Of a stretch of 64,000 nucleotides of DNA, positions 12,601 through 24,600 are shown piece after piece. The DNA is from Phoronis australis (lineage: Eukaryota; Animalia; Phoronida). How positions within the stretch are numbered: position 1 is the stretch's first letter; each line of letters starts with the position of its first letter. Under the pieces are notes generated by a model. That model was not told the origin of the DNA. It was given only the letters and a program-made list of their open reading frames with translations, and ran no database searches. The stretch covers positions 621,990 to 685,989 of the forward strand of contig NMRA01000161.1 of NCBI GenBank assembly GCA_002633005.1, given 5' to 3'. The position numbers and the translations under genes were made by a program.

Positions 12601-15600
12601 TTTTTATTATCACTTTATAATCTGGCACCCGTTTCATTAGTACTCAGACATGTCTTCAGGAGGCGCACATTGCCACTGCACCATGGACACCTACCTCAGC
12701 CATGTGTCGTTCAAACTTGTCCAACATCGTCTGAAGTTCGTCACGCTCACGAATCACCCTCATCAGCTCCGTCTCGTCGTTGGTACTCTGAAAAAACACA
12801 CAAGACTCAAATCAGGACAATTGAAGATTGCCTACTAATTACATTGACAAAACACTACATTATGGGTAGGTGACATAGACCCATGAAGGACACGTCGTCT
12901 TTCCAGTTGCTCTTTGTAAACCTGAATTGAATAACTGATCAAGCACAATGTATGCGGCCATGTCAAGGATTTTGAGAAACATCTGAACTTGTCACAAGCC
13001 AATTTCACCAGAACTCAGTGCAGTTTTAGAATGCACACTTGCTCGTTTTCTTGCTCTGGGCTTGGTAAACATCCACATCAGTTGAGTTATTCCTAGGAAA
13101 CCAGATTGGATCACGATAGCACGCGTACTTAATAAGAAATAATATTTAGACAGGAGCATCATAATGGAACGTGTGAAATTCTACGGTAATTATAACCTAA
13201 GTTAATGACCATTAATAAGTTAGTGATGCAGAATTGAAAAATGAAATTGTTTATCTTCCATTAAATATTAATCAAATATTTGACAAATTTTTCATCTAGA
13301 AGAGTTCAGAAAGGTTCATAAATATGAATGAAATACAGCAGACTGCTACGATCCCCCTCGTCGTAGGCAAAGCAACTACCAGGCCGTAGGCACGGGAGAA
13401 ATGAGCCATCATCGTTTATCAACGGCAGTAGAAATCAGGTGGCGCTGGTTTTCAACATGGCGTGACGCACCTAGAGTATTTAATTTATGGTAATCCCATG
13501 TCACAGTCACCCCTCCCCCTCCACAACAAACACGCAAACAAAGTCCAAGGTGGCGGTGACCTGGCAGGAATGAATGGTCCACAACTGCGAGGGGAAGCCA
13601 GCATCTCACACTTTCTGCAATATTTGTCCCCCCAATTCAAACTTACCCTATCCCTGGTGGGCGGTGACCTAGTGGGACTGGATGGTCTACTGCTGCGTAG
13701 AGAGCGCAGGATCTCGTACTCCCTCTTGTAGTGGTCTCTCTCCTCCTCCAACACACGGATGATTGTCTCAAAGTGAGCATCAGTCTGCAACAAGTAGTAA
13801 GAATGCAAAATAACAAGAAATGTTAACTTGTCTCCCCTTTGGCAGATATCTACTTGAATGCCATCGCAAAGAATGCCTTGTGACCCTGACCTAGGTCCTG
13901 TGAAGCTCAAAATATTACTTTTGTCTGCCTTGCTACCGCATCTCAGGAGATAAAATAGACTTAAGTTGCTATAAGTTACAAATTAAAATTGATGTACTTT
14001 GAAAGCATGGACTTCTTTGTGTCTTTCTGATGTCAACCCACACATTTTACCAAAAGATCATTCTGAGGAGACCTTGGACGAATGAAGTACTCAACCAAAC
14101 TTGAACTCACGACATGAAACACGTGAAAATCTACATAATGTTTGCCACATGAGTAAAGAATGTGCTTTTGACATCCTTGACAATCTTGTCTTACCCTTTC
14201 TTTCTTGCTCGGCATTAACACTGGACTACTGATTGAGCGAGTGGGGCTGCGAATCCGTGTGGGGCTGCGGCCCCGTGAGGGGCTCAGTGAGCGTGAGGGG
14301 CCATTCTGCAGCATGCGCTGCAGTGTCTCAACCTCGCCCTTCCAGTAGTCGCGCTCTTCCTCCACCCCCTTCAGGAAGGCCCCAAGGCGGTTAGGTGACT
14401 TCCCTCGAGTCTTGCGCGCTGGTGCCTTCTTCTGCTTCAGTCTCTCTATCTCCATGACAAGCTCGCGTTCTGTTAAAACAGGAAGCAAATGGGGGCGTGA
14501 CATTTTAACCGAGAGGTGAAACCTGACATCGCCCTCGAAAAAGAAATAGAATGGGTATTGATCATTTAATGGATGACAAAAACAGATATCAGTCCTTAAA
14601 GCAGGGCTTGGAATGACCAATGACAAAAAACGCGGAAACTTTTACGGCCCAAATCTTGCCCGATAACCAGCCTTGAAATGGTCAGTGTGAACCTTTCCCC
14701 GACAAAAATCGGGAGGACTAAAAAAAAAAAAATAGGTTACCACCATCTGTAGCATACATCTGCGTCCTTTCAGCTCGCCCGTCCACTCCCAATCCTCCCA
14801 ATCCACACATTTTGGCTGCAGAGTGGTAGTATTTCTCGCCGCGCTTAACAATAACACGAGACGCCATTGAAAATCTCCCACCACGCTGTCCCAGATGCCC
14901 CGGCAATGTTGACAATTTACGTTCCTCCGAAACATAAAGAGCAACTTCCGCTTTTCGAGGTGAACGTCGTCTGCAACGCCGCGGTAAGAAAGGAATTTGC
15001 CACGGAAATTTTATATCAAATCCGATTTTTTTACGCAGAAATATTATAACAAAAGCGGAAAGCACATTTGAAAAAAGCGGAAATCTGCATTTCCGCGGAA
15101 AATTCCAAGCCCTGCTAAAGACAAGAAGCAAAGAGGTAGTGACAGACATTGCCTTCTCTCACCAGCAGGTGACTGCACATGTTTTATAATACTTTATTAT
15201 GAAGGATAATATTAACATAAACTACTGTGGAATAATTTTGAAAAACTAAAAAATGACTGGCCATTTGTTGTCTGCACTGGTGGGATGATTTCCCAAAATC
15301 CATTGTGCATTGAACGTCTCGCTCAATCCATAAAAATGTTAATGCAAATAGCACTAACGCGTTGTTGACCACCTTGTGACACTCAATGTGAGTAGTAAAA
15401 ACTCCTTATTGATGTAAACAGAAGTAAACTCAGAACTTGACCGAGTCACACAAACAGCAGCTTGATCTCTTGAAGATACTTTATGAACGGAAATTTTCAA
15501 AAAAAATCATTTTACAAAACTGAAATACTTTGTCAGAGCACGAATGAAAATGCACAGCTATTGGAAATGAGAGGCGTCCGAAAATGGCATTAAAAATGGA

Positions 15601-18600
15601 TAGCAGTATTAACATTCGAAAAGCATGACAGCAAGTCAACAATACCAGACTTCAAATGAATAATTTACAATAAATACAATAACAAAATCACTTAAACACA
15701 ATAATTATAATTATCAAATACGTGGCCGGACAACTCACCATTCGCTGTCAGCTTTGTAACCCGACTGCTCAGTCGTCGCTTATCTTCCTGTATTCTATCC
15801 ACCAGTTCCTGTAGTCTCTGGTAATCCGCCTCTCTGGCATTCAGCCGCGATTTCAATGAAATGTTGTCGTCCATCAGCCTAGCACGGTCCTGTAAAGAGA
15901 ATGTAGCCTCAAGTTAGGAGACAGATCTGGGGAGACTCACCATTCCATGACATCCTCTCGGTTGAAAGAACTTGGACCGGTGTAGTGCTATGTAAGCCAA
16001 GTCAATATCGTAAACCTCAAACTGGTCAGAGTAAATCAAGACAGCGGCAGTGTATCTTTCCGCTGAAGCTATCAGTCTATTCTTCTACCACATTATTAGG
16101 AAACAACAGGTTCCACCTCAAAACATGAAACAAAATCAATGGTTTTCAAAGATGGCTCTGCATGGTGCTTGAACAACTGAAATTCTTTTCACTGACAATG
16201 ACAGTGCCGGATACGAATGAGTTTTGCAATGTAGCAAAGTGTTTGAGTGGATGTAGCATATTAACAGCAGATCGAAAATAAACAACCCGGCAAACAAAGC
16301 AATCTAAACGTTAACAGTTACAACGATTAAAAAGAAAAAAATAGTGCAGGTGGTCGCATCGGCGTGAGCAGACCACTCAGCCAGGCACAATGCACCAGAC
16401 ACCTGAAACCATTATTAAATGTACACAAATAACACATCAAATTAAGAGTGAGCTGAGGGGCTAGTGACATGACTTAATGATCTAGCAGTGGCATCTAGTG
16501 GGATTTTAACAAACGACTTTGAGAACAGGAGGCAGACACTCAACCCACTAGGTCACACTGCCTCCAACATTTGCCCAGAACATTAAACTTGAGAAACCAC
16601 AATATACAGAGTGTTCAAACGAATGTAATGCTAGTCAGACGAGCATTGCAAAAACATGAGGATACATGTGAACTACAATCAGTAGAACTAAAAGGCATAT
16701 TCTATGAACTCACCCCTTTCATTTGAACATTTTCAAGGTCAAGACCTTCAAGTTCACCCCGTGACCTCTCCAATTCAAACTGTAATTGAAAACACACTGA
16801 CTGTCATTATGAAGATCATATATTATTTTCACAAGGCTATATTCTCAAACAAAGCAGTTTTCAGACATAAAAGCAGCCGTATAAACTGAAACATTTAAAA
16901 ATTAGAACTATAATCTGGATGTTAAAATTAGTTTCACATTTCATGTGTTATTAAGACCTTGATGATAAAGCAATTAATATTGAAAGAGCTGTCAAGTTTC
17001 ACACATAAAAGGAAAACATAACACACTTCAGAACAGACTTTAATGTTTTTCTAAAGTTTCCAGATCACACAAATTACAATCACAATGAAGTGCCCAAGAG
17101 AATATTTACATTTCTATCAAAAAGAATTAAAATAGATCAGAATGAACTGAACATGTCATTGATTTTCTCAAATGTAAAAAAAAAAAAAATCCATCACATT
17201 GATTTTCTCAAATGTAAAAAAAAATAAATCCATCACAGAGTTCGGGTTATCATAATGGATGCATACGATACCGTAATTCTTCACAGTGGAGCAGTTAAAA
17301 ACCAAAATTGTTCACTTTTATATAAATCCTTGAAAACTGGTGTACAGTTCAAAGCTGTTGTGCTTATCCGAGTAAGGCAAGGTACCCATCGCTGTCACCA
17401 TGGTAACTATCCCAATGGGTGAATAGAATATTACAGTTATTCCTCACCTAAGTCACACTTTTTCAATCTTTCAAGGCCAACTAATAACCAAATTTTCTCA
17501 GTCTCTTGCCTTGTTGTAGTGGTACAGTATTAACTATGCTAACAAGGCAAAACTGACCAACTGTTTAATCATTATTCTGATCCTTGACCAATCTAATGTC
17601 ACCATTTGTAACAGTTAGAAGCCATAAATCATGCTACTAATGAACAAGACTTTCCTAATGATCATTTGTCTTGGGTTCCCTGTCAAAATAAAATCCCATG
17701 TTCCACCATATCATGTGCTAAATACCATAACTGCTTGGGTTTTTCAATTGAGGGATTCAAAGATCAGGCAGCGGCAGTTAAGTCGAGCGAAACAGAACAC
17801 ACGCATCTAGAAAGTGATAATACAGAAAATCAAGGGGCAGACGTCAACCGGAAAACATAAACTAGACGAAAAAAGTGTAAAGTTTCCTCAAACTCGAACA
17901 AAAATAATTGCCAAAACCGTCATTTTTAAATGCTCACTGTATTGCCAAAATTGTTCAAAACATCATCATCTGTTTGTTGATGACAGCAATACCAACATAA
18001 AGCTTTCAAATACTTCAGTAAAACTGCCTTCTTTCTTACTCTAGTTGAAAAGATTTTTACAGATCCGCCACTCCTAATTAAAAGAAACTTTACCATAGTG
18101 TCCTGAACCCACAATTTTAAGCAATCACGTACCCGTGTCTCGTTGAGCTCACGGTCGGCCTGTCTCTTGACACTCTCCTTCTCAAACTGCAGGTCACGTG
18201 CTTCTCGGTCGACATCCTTTAACTCCTCCTCTAGCTCAGTTTTCTGAAAGTCGAGCTCTCGCGACACACGCTTCGCGGACGTCTCCTCGGCCAACGACTG
18301 GGACAGCTGGCGCTCCAACTCCCTGTTTCTCTGCTGGAGATAGTCCACCTAGGAAGAGGTAAAGGAGACAGCTAGAGTTGTGTTCACAACCAGTACTGGG
18401 CACTGGTTGACCTATGTTAAAAGGGCATTTCCCCTAATTTAGAGCCTAAAACGGTCCAAATATCATGAAAGAGGCTGATTAACTTGTAAACGTGACCTCT
18501 AAATTTTCCTTGCCATGACAGCCATTGGTTTCTACCACTGAAGTAAACAGACACATCACCAGTGATTTATGTAAGGCGTTGACATTTCAACAGGCTTTTT

Positions 18601-21600
18601 TGCTAGCCGATGTCTTGAACGGTCCATTTGGAATTGGAAATCATTTTAATACACAAGTAGTCTGCTTTTCTAACTCTCACGACATGAGATCTGTAGCTAC
18701 AACAAAGGAGTAATGCCAAAAACTTGTTGTATAAAGACCACTGCATGTGAGGAGTAGCACTCGAATGTATTGTAAAAGAATAAATAAAGATGCTTAGTAA
18801 AATTTTTAATAGGATTCAGATTGCAATGGGGAAAGGCAGGTTCATTGTTCAAAACTTCATCGCTGTCATGAACCACAACGGTGTGAAGCAGAACATTCCC
18901 AGCTCACTGACTGATGCATTTTGTGGAAACATTTTGTTAATGTCATTTTCAAACGATCGACTGTTGGGTCAAAACTTTCTTCGACAGCCTAAAATATTGG
19001 AAACCAAAATGTACGTTCACCGCACCCCTTTACCCCCATACAAAGGTGATCCATTAGCCTCCTATACTTCCACCACCTCATGGTTAGAACTTAATATTTA
19101 CAAGCATTGTTTTTGCTTCTAAGTTGAAACGAAACGGCTTCTTACAGGAATAGAACAAACTTACAACAAGTTGTCGTCCATGTTTCAAAGTTTACATACA
19201 ATATTGGCAAAATCACACACAGTTTTGCCCCTTACACCCTGTTCACACCAAAGCAGTGATAACTTTTAAAACCGATTTACAGGATATAACTCTCTGTCTG
19301 AACAATTTACAACCAGTTTGAAAAGTTGTAACCATAACGTGGTTACAGCCCTCTATGAGGGTGGTTAAGCAAGAGGTTATAACCGTAGTAACTTGGTGTA
19401 AACATGGCAGTTGTAAAAGTTAAAACTCAGTAGGTGGCGTTGATGTCAGATCCCACTGGAAATAATGGTGCACTGTGTGAATGGTAACAATTACATAACA
19501 CTTAAAAACTACTGAAAGAGTAACTCATGGGTTTTGTTGGTCAGAAAACGGAACACAGCTTTAGTTTGTATAGCATTCTAACACTGTGCCTGTGCAGGGA
19601 TTCTATTCCTCGCAACGTGAACAAAAGGTCGTGACATTTACATTGTAATGCATCATGTTGTCACATTAGTGATTACCTGGATGTTCAGGTGTGAGATAAG
19701 CTGTTCATTACTCTTGTTACGCGACTCCAAGGTCACCACGTCAGTAGGACGACCCCCTTGTAACATGTTGCCAAGGCGATCAATCTCATCATCTCTTGTA
19801 TCCAACTGCAAAGTGAAAGAAGGCCACTCTAATTGTAACAGCAATAAATGTTACAATATAACTGTGTTACAACACACCTGGCTTCTAATGTCTGTTCAAG
19901 TACATCACTCCACTGAACAAGTTCCAAAACCAAGCCAACAGTACAGTAAAAGTTCAGCAACTTTGTACAAAAATAATTGCCAAATTGCCATGGTATATAG
20001 AACTTGAACATTGTAAAGCATTAATTTGATGCTACGTTACTTTCATGAAAAGGAGACAACATTGTGTCCTATATTGGTGAGCTTGTACAGTGCTACACAC
20101 AAGTTGGTTCGCTTACAGCAAACTTTGGTTGCAACAAACGTTTTAGACAAGTGCTAGGAGAGTGCAGTATAACACAGTTCAACTGTTCCATTATCATCAC
20201 TACTATAACTACTGACTGGAAACTAGATTCTTCATCGTTACGCCACTTTTTCACAGATGTGGGTCCGACACCTCTTAAAAACAACTCGGCTCTCTCCTAA
20301 AGTGCGATGATCCAGCAGTGTTAACAAACAGATGCTGGTCTTGGAACAATCGGACTTTTATCGACAACAAGCTATCACCGTATATAAAGACATTTTCATT
20401 TTATAAGTAAACCATTCTCATCAAAGACAACCAATTTTTTGGATCCTGGAAATTCAACCTTGAAAGTGTTCAGTGACACAAAAGCTACAGCAACACTCCT
20501 GTATATTTTAGAACATCCATTCTCCTTTTGCCCACATGGGGTGATCATTGTGGACTGAACCCATATACACAGCATAAAACTATCACACCATTACTAAATT
20601 TTAGGAAGCAGAGAGGAACATTAATGTTATGTAGGACCTGATCACATTAGCACACAGAGGTTTGGTGATGACCGGGGGGGGGGGGGGATTTATTGGATAA
20701 CCCTCTCTCTCTACTCAACTGCATGGACTCTAGTAGGATAACAAAATTCAAAGCAGAAACCCTGGGACTGTCGCCCCCTTGATCCCCCCTTCTGCACATT
20801 GCTGCCTTATCGACAACTCTGTGTATTCAGACACGTATATTAAGCTATTGACTTAAACAAACTCAGTAAAAGGATATATTTTCTAAAAACTGCCACTAAT
20901 CAGGTTATGTGACCAGGACTTTTTAGTAAAATTTAACAAAAAAAACAACGTTACATTGATGGCAAAACAACGGTACAAATAACGACAAAACTTCATTTAA
21001 TATAAATGTTTAAAATGATATCTCGACAATGCTGTTAGAGTTTTCTAAACTATCATTTCGTTTTTGTTTAATGCAACATTTGACTTAATTATGAAAATCA
21101 TAAAGTCTTATGGTTCGATTACTTTAATAGCGTATCATGCACAAGTGGAACATTCAGAAAACAATTCCCTCTAAGAGTTTTGGAGAGAACAGTGCAGAAA
21201 CCATAGTATCTGAAAGTTTCACATGCATCTCAACAGCCATTTGTGAGATATGATGTTCAGCAGTTAGCCAACACTCTAGGGTTATACATGACCTTAACCA
21301 ACAGAGAGGTTACAAAGTAAGTTTAAATAGGACCCTAGAAAAATATTCGAATTTAGCAAACTTTCCACAAATTATGTTTAATTGTACGCACTGTTCTCCA
21401 AAACACCGTTAGGAATTGTTTTTAAAATGATCCACTTTTTCACGAGGGGCTATAAAAATGGAACAAAATCGACAAGCTTTCTACTTACAGAAAATGTGTA
21501 TTTTTACCGAGTTAAAATCTATCTTGGTACGTCGCTAAATACATAGAACGCAAATACCGGTACCTACACATATACAATATGTACTGTTACTAGTAGTGGC

Positions 21601-24600
21601 GGTATCTTTTCATTACCAGCACCGGTAAGTTATAGGAACAAATATTTCTAGCAATGACACCATGAACAATCAGTTACGTACAACAAAATGTACAATTTCT
21701 TGAGACACTCGATACATGTATTTGATAACAGATTCATGGCTTTAAAATAAATGTTCTCTGTGTAAATATTCTGAATAAACTTTTGAATTGATGTATTTAT
21801 GAATGTGTAGGCAATGCCTATGATGTACATTAAATGATATTGTTATTGAAGTTGACTAGTTCAGACAAACATTGAGATAACAGACCATTAATGAAACCAT
21901 AACCTGATATCATCTGGATAGGATGTTCACACATTCACCAACTCCTCCGGACAAATGCAAGGATACTAGACCTCAAGTTACAACAAATTAATATTAGGTA
22001 CTCAGAGAATACAAAGGTAGAGTATGTAGATGTATTGTATTCCTGCAGAGAAGACATCCTTGGCACAAGACAATTTGAATACCAAGATCATTTTGGCACA
22101 AATACCTATCTAAAAACAGTAGAATGCAGACCTCAATATTTTGAAATGGTAGTTTTATCTGGGTCAATTTATTCCGAGTCATATTCTGTTTTCTGAACGA
22201 CTTTCTAAATGTCGGCATTGCAACAGTAAGCAGTATCATTCACACAGTCTTGAGAAAATTCAACTCGAAAATTCACCATACCTACCAAACGAACTCAAAA
22301 TACTATTGTTTTTTTTCAAACATTCTCAATGAATGCCATAGGTGCATGTAAAGAATCATAAAATGATATCTACCATACCCATCGAAAGAGATAAAAAACA
22401 GTATTTTTCCTTTTCTCATATTTTTAATTCATGTCACAACAGTATTTTTCCTTTTCTAATATTTCTAATTCATGTCACAAGTGCATATAAAGAATATCAA
22501 AAATATAAGGGTAGAAACGACCTTTTTTCCTTCAGTCTTTTCCCAAAACTACACCCATACGTGGGCATGTTACAGCAGATACGCAGGGGTCTCAATATTA
22601 TCACATCTAGTCAAAAATACTACAAAGCAAACACTGGGACTATGGACAATGCTCTTTATCTGAATACTCAAACATCCCAAAGGACATGTGTATTTCCTCT
22701 CAAGAACTAGTCGCCTGTTTGACAACTTTTTCACATTAAGTTCAGGCAATAAAATGATCAAGTTATGAACAGGTGCACGGATAAAGCCAAAGATCAATAG
22801 GGCCAGTAAAGGGCACTCCCAGAGAAAGGCGAAGGTACAAAAAGACTACAGATCCAGATCAACAGATGTGCACATACCAGCCATACATATTTAATGCCAG
22901 TATTGACGTTTGTAACATAACCAACATAATAATAACACCTGGGTTATTGATACTACTCTTACTACAACATACACATGTGCTTTGGTAATTGGTAATGATT
23001 TGGTAATTGACTGAACTTCGTAGAATTGTCTTTGCTAAAGGAATTCAACTTGGCAAGTATACCTTAGGGTGAACTAGTCAAGATATGGATATTGATATTA
23101 CGGTACAAGCAACATTTCCGCACAAAGATCCAAAAAGATTTACCTGGCCGCTATCAAATTTTAGACAAAGATAATGGCCAAAATTGAATTGATCATTTTT
23201 CATTTTTCAAAGACTTGTAATTGTAACATTGTGAATGTCTATAATGTCTGAACACATTGTATGATGGCAGCTTGAGCAAAGAACGCCAAAAATCATGTGT
23301 TTTGTTTCCAAAATCTTTATTTACATCTTCACTTTTAAATGCTACCCACAACTTTTATTTATGAGCAAAAAAAAAAATGTTTGGTACGATTTCGATTAAA
23401 TTCAGTTACGAAGCAAAGTGAATAAATTTTCAGATCTACGCAACATCAGTCTCAGACGATGAACTGCTGTAGGGTTCTAAAGCGAATACCTTTCTTCGCG
23501 TTGAAATGTGCTTAATGATCTTTTGCTTAAACCACGCGCCGAATTAGTTATTCGTTACGTCCAATCAAAGTGGAGTTTACATTCAGTGCGTAATGACATC
23601 ATCATTTACATAGTCACTTGACAACAATCTGCAACATTCTTCAAAAGTTCCTTTCCGCCCATGTAGAAAGTCTTCCGCCATTTAGAGATTTGAGAGCACA
23701 GGCGTGTTTGAGCTATATGAACTGATTAAAACTATGGGTTGATTAAGCAATAGTGCTTATTGATTATGTAAAATTGCACGTTCATTAAACAAAAAGTGTG
23801 TATTGAATAAGAACAGAACAATGATCATTTAAGAACTAATTCAGCGCGATGATAAGCAAAATGTACGCATAGATCAAGCAAAATCTATGAGTTGATTGAG
23901 CAAAACTACGTATTGATTAAGTAAAACTACGAGTTGTTTAAGCACATTTCAACGCGAAAAAAGGTATTCGTTTAAGAACCCTTTGGCGCTTCATACCAGA
24001 CAGCTGAACGTAATGTCCAAAATGAGCTTCTGCAATCGTATTCATCAATTTCAAATGTCACAAACTGCTTGGCCCAGTTGATAGAAACTCCCATATTAAA
24101 GCAAAGAAACTACCACTACCTGTTTTTCACACCAGGGGGAACCATATACATCTTGTGTAGAATTTTGTGAAGAATAGTGATGCTTTCATAATTTTGCCCG
24201 CATAAGTTAAACACCCTGGTGTGACAACTGCATGGTATGTCATTGACTGAATATAAATTGGCAACTAAAAACCTGGAAATAAGCAGTGGCCATCAGGGTG
24301 TTCCCTAAAGCACACTGACATCATATATCACCCTTCCAAGAATAGACAATCACCCTGAGGCTATATCACCAGTGCTAACAGTATGAACACAACCTAAGTA
24401 AAGCAATACACTTGACTTAAAGTCATTGGCAAGCACATGGCAGCTTGTTACCAGAGTGGAGGACTGAATACCAGACTAGGGTTCATCACCACTGACACAC
24501 TTATCAAGTAACAGTAAAACATGCACAGAGCCTGGCACAATGTTCCTGGCTCATTTAATATGAATTTGATCAGTGGTCTTGGCAGACTTTAATGTTACAG

